A stretch of 64,000 bases of DNA from an uncultured Gammaproteobacteria bacterium (GCA_964540825.1 CAZINT010000001.1:219396-283395); one strand, 5' to 3'. Shown: positions 1 to 10,072, counted from the first letter of the stretch. Made by a program: numbers and translations. Notes: a model not told the origin generated them from the letters alone.

Positions 1-27
1 TATCTATTTCTAATCCTTAAACTTTGT

Positions 28-621
28 ATGCTTGCTATTCTTTTAAAGCAGAGCAGACTTATTATCATGTGGGGAATTTTGATCGCCCTTATTTCGGTGG
101 GAGTAAGTTTCATTTTCCCCAAACAATATAGCGCGGTGAGCCGGGTAATTATTATTTCGCGTGACAAAACTGGTGTCGACCCATATACCCAGGCCAAAGC
201 TGCCGAACGCGTGGGTCAAGACTTGGCCCAGATTATGAAAACCACGGATTTTTATGGCAAAGTAGCGAGTGAGAGTCCGGATGTGTTCAGCGGTTCCGAA
301 TGGAAAAATTTAAGCGATCGTGACAGCCGTAAAAAATGGCAAAAAGACGTGCAGGCCCAGATGGTCTACGGAGCAAGCTTACTTGAGGTTACGGCTTACG
401 CTCTCGGTCAGGAAAAAGCACTCGCGCTATCTGCGGCAGTAACCAAAACGCTCGTTGCACATGGTTGGGAGTATAGCGGCGGGGATGTAGCAATTAAACA
501 GGTAGACAGCTCGCTCGTTTCACGCTTGCCAGCTCGGCCTAATTTTATTGTTAATGCAGGGATCGGTTTCTTGGTTGGAGGGTTTTTGGCAGCACTTTGG
601 GTGGTTCGGTATCGGAAATAA
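28..621 (+). CDS. Wzz/CpsC-like polysaccharide chain-length determinant
   Basis: N- and C-terminal TM segments, PKQYSAVSRV motif and C-terminal P-x-x-P-N before TM2, typical of Wzz/CpsC. Confidence 0.7.
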   Translation: MLAILLKQSRLIIMWGILIALISVGVSFIFPKQYSAVSRVIIISRDKTGVDPYTQAKAAERVGQDLAQIMKTTDFYGKVASESPDVFSGSEWKNLSDRDSRKKWQKDVQAQMVYGASLLEVTAYALGQEKALALSAAVTKTLVAHGWEYSGGDVAIKQVDSSLVSRLPARPNFIVNAGIGFLVGGFLAALWVVRYRK

Positions 622-633
622 AAATTCACTACT

Positions 634-1965
634 ATGCATCCCGAATCTGCTCCTTATTATCCGCCGTCACTCGATAAAAAACCGCCAGCACCAACTCTTG
701 TTGGTCAGGAGGCGCTTAAATTCGCTGAGTTGCAACAAAGTTTGCTGGACGGTGTCGGAAATGCAGATAATTCTTTTGTTACGGAAGAGCGTGAGTATAA
801 AAAAATGACTGCTGAAATTAGCAGACAATTAAAAGAGCTTGAGAGGGATCGGGAAAGTCACGGGGCAGAAGCTGAATATCACGAGCGTATTAAAGAATGC
901 CAGAATAAAATCGCAGAACTAAAAGTTTTTATAGATAAAAAGTTGTCCCCCAAGTATGGGTACGATCGTCGCAGTAGGGCTGAACAAAATAAAAAGGAGA
1001 AAATGTATGCATTTACTCCTAACGATCGAGGTATCGTGCTGAAAGGCGAAACGCTTTCGCTTATCCATCTTAATCTAGCTGATGTACCCGTTGTCCACCA
1101 TAACTTGGCAAGTGATGATATTTTATACGGTAAAGAGGGGGAGGGGGTAAAGATAACTATCATGCCGCTGAATCAAAAATTAGATATTTTGGTTTCTGTT
1201 GGCAAAAATGTATATAGTTCGCATACCATTGAACCAACTCCAGAAGCTTTCAGAGAGGTGTTCGATAACTTGTTCAACTTGGTGCAAGATGATGAATACT
1301 CTGATTTTGCGAACGGTCCATCGCCAAGTCCTGTAGAACCAGCCCCTCAGTCTGCCGATGCGGCAAAATCTACTGTGGAGTTCAGAAATGGAATTCTTTA
1401 TTCCTCTGAAGAAGATTCTAAAGAATCATCAGGTGTTGTTGAAAAACCCAATGTTTTAAATCGATTCATGCGCCGTCTTAAGCGTCCATTGCTTGCTTTT
1501 GGAATTACCGGTGCACTTTTTGCTGTTCCTGAAAATAAGCAGCACTCAGAAGAAAATCCAGCGGTTGTGGCAGTGCAAAAAAATAATGACGCGCTAAATG
1601 CGCTGCGCGAAAAAGATCTCAAAGAAGCGCTGGGAATGCCTCTGGCACCTAACCAGTTGCTGCGGTTGGCCGAATCGTCCTTCGTATCTGACAAAGATTT
1701 GCAAAAACACGATCGTCGCGGTAAGCCAAAGTATGATCGCTCGGTTATTGAGGCCGAGATACGCGGTGCGCTAAAGCAATTACAACAAGGACACGATGCC
1801 GTGATTCATGGTACAATAGTGCTTACGCATGATGCGGTTGCTAAGCTTTTAGAAGGTGGTCAAACGGATGAATCCGCGCTTAACAAAAAACGATATACTA
1901 AAATTATCAAGCCCCTGCTTAAAGCGGCCAAGAAAAGACCGTCTACGCAGCGGCATCATTCTTAA
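634..1965 (+). CDS. hypothetical protein (coiled coil, one internal hydrophobic segment)
   Basis: 443-aa ORF with native codon usage, tightly packed with neighbours. Confidence 0.6.
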   Translation: MHPESAPYYPPSLDKKPPAPTLVGQEALKFAELQQSLLDGVGNADNSFVTEEREYKKMTAEISRQLKELERDRESHGAEAEYHERIKECQNKIAELKVFIDKKLSPKYGYDRRSRAEQNKKEKMYAFTPNDRGIVLKGETLSLIHLNLADVPVVHHNLASDDILYGKEGEGVKITIMPLNQKLDILVSVGKNVYSSHTIEPTPEAFREVFDNLFNLVQDDEYSDFANGPSPSPVEPAPQSADAAKSTVEFRNGILYSSEEDSKESSGVVEKPNVLNRFMRRLKRPLLAFGITGALFAVPENKQHSEENPAVVAVQKNNDALNALREKDLKEALGMPLAPNQLLRLAESSFVSDKDLQKHDRRGKPKYDRSVIEAEIRGALKQLQQGHDAVIHGTIVLTHDAVAKLLEGGQTDESALNKKRYTKIIKPLLKAAKKRPSTQRHHS

Positions 1966-1977
1966 GTGAATGTGAAT

Positions 1978-4137
1978 ATGGAAAAAAGTACTAGCGCTTC
2001 GCACGAAAACGATCCGCGTTTTAAATTGCCAGTTGAGCCTGAAACAGATATTTCTCTCAAGTCTGAGCAGGCTAAAAGCAACCTTCGGTTAGTAACTGAT
2101 TTTGAGGAAGGGCCGGCTAAAAAACGGTCGAATAAATTTTTTTTGAAACGGTCGGATAACACCCTTTTTCTTGGTAAAAAAGAAATTGATCTTTCAATTG
2201 ATGGGCGCGAACCGTCCTATCCTGCTCGAGGTAAAAATGTTTTTGTTTTTGGTTTTGGCAATAGTGTCTATAAAATATTTAAAGAAAAAGGAAAGCTGTA
2301 TGGCCAGGCAATACTTTTCGGCAAGGAACGCCCTCGAGTGCAGCTTGAATCGGACTGGAGTATTGTTAATGAGATCAATGTTTTTAAAGGAAATGTAAAA
2401 TTTAATTCTCGCTTGGAAACTGCCGAAGATGCTCCGGCGACCGGTGATGTTCAGCTTGATGAGGTGCCTGACAAACCGAACGCTGAAACGGCTGGTGCCG
2501 AGGAGCAGGCGGGATTGGTAGTGCCGCTCAGGGAATCGACTGAGCCTGCATATCTGCGTGATGATACGCGCGGATCTTCAGTAGAAAAAATTGAAATGAG
2601 GGTGCATAAAGATTTTGACGATCTTATCTCTAGTCCTCCCCGCGGGGTTGAAACTGTAGCACCTGCCGATGAATCCGTTACTCCAGAACAAAAAGTATTC
2701 ATCAGCGAAACTATTGCCGACGCTCGGGCTACATCAGTTGAATTACTGCAGTCATTAGCAGACGAGGGTAAAGATGAAGACTACTATGCATCGCTGAGTA
2801 TCGAGTATTCAACCGAGGATAAAGAAGCAGTTGCTCGGGGTGTAGCCGCCCGAACGTATGGGACCAGTTCAACGGGTGGTGACGGGTCAAGATATGCGGT
2901 TCCAGAAACGCTGCCGGTTCAGCATGAAAACAGAACCGCTCTCGTAGGAGTAGTCACGGAAGCAGGGCGTCTTGGAGCTGCGGTTATTGAAGCTACAACA
3001 CCACGCGCGCTCGAAGGTGCTCGGGGCATAGTAGCTCACGGCCTCGCTCAAGAACGATTTTCACTTACAACGGTTTTTGATGCTGCCCGCCGACTGCTAT
3101 CAAAAAAAGCTAAAACTGCCGAAAAGCTTTCGGCAGCAGCAATTACCGTAAGTCCTCAGGGTGAAGTTATTATGGCTTCTATGGGTGACACGGCTGTTCT
3201 TATGGTCCGCGAAGGAAAAAAAGTAGAGCTTGTTGATCAAAAAGAACCTGTTCCGACTAAAGACTTTCCGGCAAAGGGTGAAGCAGACGCTAAAGGTATG
3301 TCGGAGCTGCTTGAAACAAAAATGGCTCATGGTAAAGATCATGATCAGGTTATTGCCGCCACGAAACGTTTTTGGGATTTAGTGAGTGAGTATGAGGTAG
3401 AAAAATATGCCAAGCGCTATCGCGGCGAAGCTTTGCAAAAAGTTTTGTTTAATTTAGCGTACGACCGAAATAACGCGGTGGTGCCATTCGTAATTGAGAC
3501 AAGTCCGAACGAAAAGAAGTATGAGCAGCCTGCTAAGGGTGAGGGGGAGTCAATCGCTCTTCAGGTAACCCATGTGGAATTGCCAGAGCAGCGCGGTTTT
3601 CTTTCTAAACTCGGGCGCAGTAAAGCAGGTACGTGGTTACGCAGCGCCGCGCTCGTTGCCTTTGGTTTTTCAGCCCAGGGCAAATTGGACACTCGGTCGT
3701 ACACTCCGGACGAGATTGCTGCCATCCAAAAAGCGCCGGAAAAAATGCAGCCAAGTACAAAGCAGGCGGTTGAAAAAATTACGGTTGAAAATCGGCGTGG
3801 AAATGAGCATGAGTTGGTTCGGTTGGTAGATGCTGTAACTACAAAAATAAAATTACTTGGCAGTTCACCAGAAGATAACGGCCGCAAAGTTTTGATCGCA
3901 GCCTGGATGAAAAAACTATTACGCGGTGAAGACGCTGGCGGATTTAAAGCGGCTGATTTTAATAGAAATATACAGCACACTCGGGATGGGAAATTTAGCT
4001 TAAGTGCACCAGGGCTTGAACTGTTTATTGCGGATGCTGCGGGTGCAGCCAAAGAAAAAAAACATATTTCTACCGCTATAAAGTATGCGGAGACGACGTA
4101 TAAACTTGACTTTGGCAGTACTAAAAGTACACCTTAA
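1978..4137 (+). CDS. hypothetical protein with degenerate PP2C-like segment
   Basis: long ORF; ITVSPQGEVIMASMGDTAVLMVREG resembles the PP2C xxVGDSRxxLxRxG strand; ATG at 1978 preferred over GTG 1966. Confidence 0.5.
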   Translation: MEKSTSASHENDPRFKLPVEPETDISLKSEQAKSNLRLVTDFEEGPAKKRSNKFFLKRSDNTLFLGKKEIDLSIDGREPSYPARGKNVFVFGFGNSVYKIFKEKGKLYGQAILFGKERPRVQLESDWSIVNEINVFKGNVKFNSRLETAEDAPATGDVQLDEVPDKPNAETAGAEEQAGLVVPLRESTEPAYLRDDTRGSSVEKIEMRVHKDFDDLISSPPRGVETVAPADESVTPEQKVFISETIADARATSVELLQSLADEGKDEDYYASLSIEYSTEDKEAVARGVAARTYGTSSTGGDGSRYAVPETLPVQHENRTALVGVVTEAGRLGAAVIEATTPRALEGARGIVAHGLAQERFSLTTVFDAARRLLSKKAKTAEKLSAAAITVSPQGEVIMASMGDTAVLMVREGKKVELVDQKEPVPTKDFPAKGEADAKGMSELLETKMAHGKDHDQVIAATKRFWDLVSEYEVEKYAKRYRGEALQKVLFNLAYDRNNAVVPFVIETSPNEKKYEQPAKGEGESIALQVTHVELPEQRGFLSKLGRSKAGTWLRSAALVAFGFSAQGKLDTRSYTPDEIAAIQKAPEKMQPSTKQAVEKITVENRRGNEHELVRLVDAVTTKIKLLGSSPEDNGRKVLIAAWMKKLLRGEDAGGFKAADFNRNIQHTRDGKFSLSAPGLELFIADAAGAAKEKKHISTAIKYAETTYKLDFGSTKSTP

Positions 4138-4148
4138 ATTTTATTTAT

Positions 4149-7100
4149 ATGGGTAAAGGAGGTCGGGAGGCAGGGGCTGGCAAAGAGGTTGCGCCTGATA
4201 AAGCTAAAATCGATGAGCTGCTAAAACGCTGGGAAGCTGTTCTTCGGGCTAACCCGGGAATCGAAGCGGAAGCAGTCACCCGCATGAATTTGGAGTTTAC
4301 ACTGATTGGCAAAATAAAAAATGATAAGAAACGGACAAAGAAAATAGCCGAACTTGAAGCCGAAATTGCTCAATTTGAAGGCGTGCCATCGTCCAAGGTA
4401 CCAGCGGTCGATAATCAAGATACTTTGACAGTAAACACGTCTCTGCAAACACCGCATGCACAAAGTCAGCAATTGCCCGAGGATGTTGATGCGGACTTGG
4501 TATCGGGAACGGCCATTGATGATTACGAAGAATTCTCAGAAGATGCGGACGAGCCTCCACCCGAGGAAAAAAAGGATTGGGGGCAACCAGACCTCCGGAC
4601 TATTACGTTAGAGGACGCTGAGAAAGAAATTGACTGGGCAAAAAAATATCCAGAACTTGAGACGGCGATTAAGGGTGATTTGAATCAAGAAAATGAGCGT
4701 GTCTTTTATGGGGCGTATTTTCGCGCGTACCATGAAAAAGGCGTCACTGTTTTCGAGGATGGGTTAGATGGTATCGCTTCTGCTGAGGCGGTGTGGGCAG
4801 AAAATGAATATGAGTCTCAAGTGTCTGAGAAAAAATACACTGACCTCAAAAAATATGCACTCGACAATAATATTAATCTCGCTGTTGATTTTCCGGATGT
4901 TTTTGCAAGGTTAGAGGCGGCACGGGATGCGCTTGCGGATGCTATCGAACTGTCAACTGGTGAATTTCGTGCTGCAAACGATGTCTTTTTGGAAATTTTG
5001 AATGAATTGAATGCTAGTGTTGATTTGTTTATCACAGAAAAAATACGTATAGCTGAGGCCGAAGCTGAAGAGCAAGAAAAACGTAAAAATTTTTATGACA
5101 CTGTACAACAGGCACGTGCAGAGTTTCGGTCGAATTTTGAACGGTATGATATTGATCCGCAAGAATTTTTTCCCGTTGAGGATGAGCGTGCCGTTAATGC
5201 AATCCAGCATTTCGAACACGTAAAAGATGACGAAATTTCTATTGTTGAGGCCGCCTATACTGCGTGCCTTCTGGCTTTTAGTGAATTGCATAGTGCGCTC
5301 CAAGAATATATTCAATCACCCAATGCTGCGTCGGCAGATCTGGAAAAACCAATCACATTTGCCGAGGCTGAACAGGCGATTCAGTGGGCCAAAGATGAAT
5401 TCGCTCGAACCAAAGGAAAATTTGGTTTGCCGCCGCAACGAGAACCAAAAAGTGCTAAAGATACATTTGAGTGGGGTGCTTATTGGCGAACACAGCGGGA
5501 AGGCAAAGGTCAGATGAGTCAAAAAGAGTTGGATGAGGCCGCAGAACGCAACGGTGAATGCGCCCGGCGTGTATTTGTCGAACGACAATTTAATGTTTGG
5601 TTTGAAGCGCTGTGTAAAAAAGCCGAGCGCGCGGGTGTTTTAAATACTCTTTTTGATCGCTACGTAAAAAACGATCCGGCTGCAGGAAAAGTAGCGTGCA
5701 AGGAAAAAATGCTTGGCCCGCTTGAAACGATTGAACGAATCGCGGCTTACGATGAAGCGCACAAAAATGATGCAAACGCTAAGCCTTTTGACCTCCTCAG
5801 TCCGGCTGCTCAAAAAGAGTATCGAAACAGAGTCCTGCGTGCTGAGGGAGAGCTAACGAAACTTGATCGTGAAATTGGTAGCCTCATTAAAGAAAAAATG
5901 TGGGCTGACCCGAATAACCCCGACCGCGCCCAGCTTATCGCAGCGCTTGCTCCTGAGATCGCTCAGCATGATGCAGAAAATGCTTTGCCGCTTTCCCAAA
6001 TGGCAACAGCGGCTGATACCTATGGATTTTCACCAGAGGCACGCTTAGCTATTCAAAACGTCCTCACTGCCTGGGAAGGCGAGCATGCAGCTATTATAAA
6101 AAAATTAGCCAAACTCGAAGAGATGCAAAGCGACCCACGCATCCCCCCGGCCAAGGTCAAAAGTATGTGCGAGGCAATTGTTCGGCAATCAGCAGCTTTG
6201 AGTGAAAAAATTCAAAAGGGGATGGAGGAATATGTTGTGCCAGAACTTACCAAACAAACACAGGCTGAAATTGCCGCACTACTGGCGCTTGAAACTGTTC
6301 AGGCTGGGATTGGTTCTCAAAAAATAATCCAGGAAGAGCAGCGGGTGTCTGCTGAGCTTAGCAAGGCTCGGATCGCCCTTGAAACCGCACTCGCTGATTT
6401 CTTAACTGTGCCCGATGCGCGCGGTCAGTTTTTGGCGGCGCACCAAAAATATCATGAAGCTGCTACACGCGTCCGTTATTTTCAAGAGTCTGTACAGCCG
6501 ATCCGTGATGCTGCCAAAATCTCCGAACAGTATCGTGCCGTGAGTGATACGTATAGTTCTGCGCAACAATACTTGCACTATTTTTCAAACGAACTTAAGA
6601 TGCAGTTACCCAATCTATCTGCTGAATGTAATGATCTTGAGCGTAGATTGGAGGTGCTTGCCAAAAAGCCGGAGGCCTTAGCACTGGGCGAAATTGCCCC
6701 AGCAAAAGATTCGGTGGAGTTGTTTAAGCAGAAGGTTGTGGCGTTTAAAAAAATGCTTGAACAGGCTACGGCAGAAATTCCGGCTGCGGAAAAATTACGC
6801 CAAGAGAAAAAAGATACTGCTTTTAAAGATGAAATGAGAGAGGAATTTATACGCTTTCAAGATTTGCGTCGCAGGTATGAATCTTTAAAACAGGATATAG
6901 ATCCGAAAAATAATGCCGACCTGCTGAGGTTGTTCAGGTCGGAAATAGCTTTGCGTGATGAGTTTAGTGCCAAACTCAAAGCGGCCGGAAATACTAACGG
7001 GCTTGAACAATATAAGATTGCGTATAAAAATGAAGCAGACCGCATGGATGCAGCCTTGAACTATTTTAGCCATAGCCGTCTTTGGAAAATTGTTCAATCT

Positions 7101-7334
7101 CATCATGATGTTCCGCAAAGTGCTCGTGAACGCATCGAATACAATTTGGATTTACTGCACTCATTTTATATCAGCGGCAGTACCAGTAGAAATGATTTAT
7201 CCGAAAAAGCCCGGCTTATTTTTGATGAAATAAATGAGCTCGAGATAAAGCTCCCCCCTAAGAAGTCGCCGACACTTCGGGAAGTCGTTCGGGGAATCGG
7301 AAAAAAATTATTCGATAAAATAAAGCGTCCATAA
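4149..7334 (+). CDS. large acidic alpha-helical/coiled-coil hypothetical protein
   Basis: 1061-aa ORF rich in E/A/K, followed by an intrinsic terminator. Confidence 0.65.
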   Translation: MGKGGREAGAGKEVAPDKAKIDELLKRWEAVLRANPGIEAEAVTRMNLEFTLIGKIKNDKKRTKKIAELEAEIAQFEGVPSSKVPAVDNQDTLTVNTSLQTPHAQSQQLPEDVDADLVSGTAIDDYEEFSEDADEPPPEEKKDWGQPDLRTITLEDAEKEIDWAKKYPELETAIKGDLNQENERVFYGAYFRAYHEKGVTVFEDGLDGIASAEAVWAENEYESQVSEKKYTDLKKYALDNNINLAVDFPDVFARLEAARDALADAIELSTGEFRAANDVFLEILNELNASVDLFITEKIRIAEAEAEEQEKRKNFYDTVQQARAEFRSNFERYDIDPQEFFPVEDERAVNAIQHFEHVKDDEISIVEAAYTACLLAFSELHSALQEYIQSPNAASADLEKPITFAEAEQAIQWAKDEFARTKGKFGLPPQREPKSAKDTFEWGAYWRTQREGKGQMSQKELDEAAERNGECARRVFVERQFNVWFEALCKKAERAGVLNTLFDRYVKNDPAAGKVACKEKMLGPLETIERIAAYDEAHKNDANAKPFDLLSPAAQKEYRNRVLRAEGELTKLDREIGSLIKEKMWADPNNPDRAQLIAALAPEIAQHDAENALPLSQMATAADTYGFSPEARLAIQNVLTAWEGEHAAIIKKLAKLEEMQSDPRIPPAKVKSMCEAIVRQSAALSEKIQKGMEEYVVPELTKQTQAEIAALLALETVQAGIGSQKIIQEEQRVSAELSKARIALETALADFLTVPDARGQFLAAHQKYHEAATRVRYFQESVQPIRDAAKISEQYRAVSDTYSSAQQYLHYFSNELKMQLPNLSAECNDLERRLEVLAKKPEALALGEIAPAKDSVELFKQKVVAFKKMLEQATAEIPAAEKLRQEKKDTAFKDEMREEFIRFQDLRRRYESLKQDIDPKNNADLLRLFRSEIALRDEFSAKLKAAGNTNGLEQYKIAYKNEADRMDAALNYFSHSRLWKIVQSHHDVPQSARERIEYNLDLLHSFYISGSTSRNDLSEKARLIFDEINELEIKLPPKKSPTLREVVRGIGKKLFDKIKRP

Positions 7335-7369
7335 TAAAAAAATCCCCAGCAAATTGGGGATTTTTTTAT
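7334..7369. terminator. intrinsic (bidirectional) terminator
   Basis: ATAAAAAAATCCCCA-gcaaat-TGGGGATTTTTTTAT inverted repeat. Confidence 0.8.
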
Positions 7370-7379
7370 CCCTCAAGGA

Positions 7380-7408
7380 TTGACAAAAAATATTTTTTAT
7401 GCTTAGAT
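7380..7408 (+). promoter_or_regulatory. sigma70-type promoter of cassette 1
   Basis: TTGACA 7380-7385, 17 bp, TGC-TTAGAT (weak -10). Confidence 0.5.
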
Positions 7409-7452
7409 AAGGGCATCAACAATTCATGCGGCTTTGCCGCAGGAGGTCCAAA

Positions 7453-8205
7453 GTGGCGACGCACAATGCTCTCGGTGACCCCGATGGTCCAACCCCTCCC
7501 TATGAGGACACAGCGGAGCTTAAAATTCCGCCTTCGCTTCGTGTTCGAATCAAGCAGGGGTTGGGGTGGACCTACGAGGTCGTGCTCGTTCCGGTCTGGA
7601 ACCGTGGGTTGAAGCCGCTGACGTCACCCATCATCGTTCGGGTGCCCAGTGCCGTCTCGTTCATGCGGCAGCAGCGGTGGAACATCGCACTCTTCGCTGC
7701 TCTGCTCCTGGCTATCGTGCTTGCATACGTAGGTTACAAGTACGAGACTGCCCGCATGCGGGCTGCCTTCGTTCCGGCCGATCAGGGCGAGCACAGCACG
7801 GCGACACCTGTTGACCGTGATAGCGACGGTGTGGCGGACGAGACGGATCAGTGTCCCGATGTAGCGTCCGGCCCCACGCCGGATGCGAAGCGGCCCGGTT
7901 GCCCAGCGCCCGAGCAACCTGCTGCTCCGGTCCCGGTCTACCCTGACCTGTCGATCCCTGCGCCTGCCGCGTTGCCCGAAGAACCGCAAGCCGCTCCGCC
8001 CGCTGATGTGGATGGTGATCACGATGGGGAAGCGGCCGTCCCGTCCCGTCGACGTCACGTGCCGCATCGTAGGTTCAAGGCTGCGGTCGAGACGCCGCGG
8101 GCCTTCTGCCTGCGTATGCAGCGGGACCAGCGCTGGAGCCCCTGCTGCCAAGACGGCATCCCGGTCGCATGTTCGCCCGCTTCCTCAGCGCCCCATCGGC
8201 GCTAA
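7453..8205 (+). CDS. high-GC membrane-anchored protein with thrombospondin type-3-like repeat (cassette 1)
   Basis: AGGAGG at 7441-7446 before in-frame GTG 7453; one TM segment; DRDSDGVADETDQCPD...PDAKRPGCP; Pro/Ala-rich linker; Cys-rich tail. Confidence 0.7.
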   Translation: MATHNALGDPDGPTPPYEDTAELKIPPSLRVRIKQGLGWTYEVVLVPVWNRGLKPLTSPIIVRVPSAVSFMRQQRWNIALFAALLLAIVLAYVGYKYETARMRAAFVPADQGEHSTATPVDRDSDGVADETDQCPDVASGPTPDAKRPGCPAPEQPAAPVPVYPDLSIPAPAALPEEPQAAPPADVDGDHDGEAAVPSRRRHVPHRRFKAAVETPRAFCLRMQRDQRWSPCCQDGIPVACSPASSAPHRR

Positions 8206-8223
8206 CCCACGATAGCGTGGAAG

Positions 8224-8270
8224 AGTCGCGTGTGTTGGAGCTTTTCCGACCGCGCGACTTGCTTTGTTTT
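8224..8270 (+). terminator. hairpin/terminator after cassette 1
   Basis: AGTCGCG...CGCGACT stem followed by T-rich tract. Confidence 0.5.
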
Positions 8271-8286
8271 TAGCCCCACGAGGCCC

Positions 8287-8315
8287 TTGACAAAACCTTA
8301 AAAATGTGCTATACT
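8287..8315 (+). promoter_or_regulatory. sigma70 promoter of cassette 2
   Basis: TTGACA-17bp-TATACT with extended TG. Confidence 0.8.
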
Positions 8316-8494
8316 GATTTGTTACGTAAATAGAAAACCACACAACTAGCCAAGAAGCTCGAGAGAGGCTTCAAAGGTTAGCCAAAAGACCTTGTTTTAG
8401 CCAATTCTCTCACCCCAGGGAGTTTTTTTAGCTAAGAATGAACTAAGGTAAGCGGATTTAGATCCTTTTACCTTAGATCCATTCTAGGGTCTAA

Positions 8495-8507
8495 CGCTCT
8501 TTACAAT
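8495..8507 (+). promoter_or_regulatory. boxA-like motif in leader
   Basis: CGCTCTTTACAAT resembles E. coli boxA GCTCTTTAACAA; recurs at 10073 and 38038. Confidence 0.5.
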
Positions 8508-8667
8508 ATAACCCTAGTTAAAAACCTACCCACCAATAATCGGTGAAGTATGGCGCAGAGAATGAGTTACCCAATATTGAGTCATTCATTCTCTGTTCCA
8601 GCTTCATTGTGAAGTTGGGGGAGCTGGAACGCTCAGAAACGTCAACCTTTTCGCTGGAGAAAAGATC

Positions 8668-9834
8668 ATGAACAGCAAGCTCGCCTTTGTCATCGCCATC
8701 CTCGCCGGCCTCTCGTCCACCTCCACCGCCCACGCCTTGAGCAGCGCCCACGACTTCGGTCTGGTCGTCCTGGGTCCCACGGACGAGCCCATCCCGTCGT
8801 GGGACGGGAACCCGGGGTCGATGACCCCGGCGAACGTCTGCAAGGCCGAGGGCAAGATCATGGCCCTTCAGGAGCCGACCGACAAGATCCGTGGTGGCGC
8901 CGTCGCTCAGGATGACCTGACGGCCCGGCGCGGCACGGTGTCGTCGCCCCAGAAGTCGATCGGGATCGTCGCGAACCGCAGCCAGATCGCCGGCAAGCAC
9001 GCCGGCGCCGCCTACTGCGTCGCGAAGTCCCGTGTCCTCTTCGCCGAGGACGTCGAGCAGCTGAACAAGCTCCTCAAGATCCTCCACAGCTTCAACGGCC
9101 CCGACGGCATGACGCGCCTCCGCGCCCTGCTCGGCGACCTGCCGCAGGGCAAGGAGACGATCCGCGAGTGGGTCACCGCCGCCATCACGGCGGGCGATCA
9201 GGGCACTAGCCTCGACTCGGCCAACCCCTTCAGCCCCCTCGCGATCAAGATCGCCCAGCTCATCGCCGAGATCAATCAGATCAAGGTCGAGCTCGAGGCG
9301 CTCAAGGCCCGCGTCGGCCAGCTCGAGACCGCGGTCGCAGAGCACTCGGCTCAGATCGCCAAGCTCCAGCAGACGGGCCCTGTGACCGGTCGGACCTTCG
9401 ATCTTCAGCTCCAGGGCATCGCGAGTGGCAGCCGGTTCATGATCGGTCTCGGCGGTGGTGCGAACCTCGTGTTCCACCTTCCTGTGCCGCGCCTCAGCGT
9501 CAAGTTCGGTGGCGACCTCATGGCCGCCTTCGAGACGGTCGGGTCCAATCGTATGGGCCTCGGCTGGGACGCGCGTGCGTTCGTCCAGTATCAGCTGCGT
9601 GAGTGGCTGACCATTGGCGGCGGGCTCTACATCGTCGGTGATGCTGGTACGATCAACGGTACCCGGTCGTTCGACGTTGGCCCTGCGCTGGACGCCGAGT
9701 TCTGGGTTCACCCGTTCGTCGCCGTCAACGCCTTCGCCTTCATCGGTGGTGGCAAGCACAGCGCCAGCTGGGCCATGTCGCAGCTGGGCGGTGGTGGCGG
9801 TCTCGGGGTCGTCCTGCGTCCCTTCCGCAAGTAG
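8668..9834 (+). CDS. high-GC secreted protein: signal peptide, coiled coil, C-terminal beta-barrel-like domain (cassette 2)
   Basis: GGAG at 8656-8659; signal peptide ending AHA; heptad region IAQLIAEINQIKVELEALKARVGQLE; Gly/aromatic-rich alternating strands in the last ~140 aa. Confidence 0.75.
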   Translation: MNSKLAFVIAILAGLSSTSTAHALSSAHDFGLVVLGPTDEPIPSWDGNPGSMTPANVCKAEGKIMALQEPTDKIRGGAVAQDDLTARRGTVSSPQKSIGIVANRSQIAGKHAGAAYCVAKSRVLFAEDVEQLNKLLKILHSFNGPDGMTRLRALLGDLPQGKETIREWVTAAITAGDQGTSLDSANPFSPLAIKIAQLIAEINQIKVELEALKARVGQLETAVAEHSAQIAKLQQTGPVTGRTFDLQLQGIASGSRFMIGLGGGANLVFHLPVPRLSVKFGGDLMAAFETVGSNRMGLGWDARAFVQYQLREWLTIGGGLYIVGDAGTINGTRSFDVGPALDAEFWVHPFVAVNAFAFIGGGKHSASWAMSQLGGGGGLGVVLRPFRK

Positions 9835-9851
9835 CGGATAAACTAGGGTTC

Positions 9852-9890
9852 GGAGGGGAGCGGTGGACAGTAATGTCTGCCGCCCCCTCC
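9852..9890 (+). terminator. GC-rich hairpin after cassette 2
   Basis: GGAGGGGAGCGGTGGACA-gtaa-TGTCTGCCGCCCCCTCC. Confidence 0.55.
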
Positions 9891-9958
9891 AAAACCACAT
9901 TCTGTTTCTGAACAAATGTTCGGCAACAGAAAATGGTTCAGTTAGCCAAAAAAACCTA

Positions 9959-9987
9959 TTGACAAAACCTCAAAAATATGGTATAGT
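9959..9987 (+). promoter_or_regulatory. sigma70 promoter of cassette 3
   Basis: TTGACA-17bp-TATAGT; 25/29 identical to the promoter at 8287. Confidence 0.8.
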
Positions 9988-10072
9988 ATGTCGTTATTAA
10001 ATACAGCAGGTGCTTAGGAGTAGCCCATTAAAAATGGTCTTCTCCTAGACACTTGGCTCTGCCAAAAGTCTA

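Noticed and set aside
8518-9915. 465-aa minus-strand ORF
   Set aside because: Antisense shadow of the GC3-rich gene 8668-9834; the plus strand has the promoter, RBS and signal peptide.
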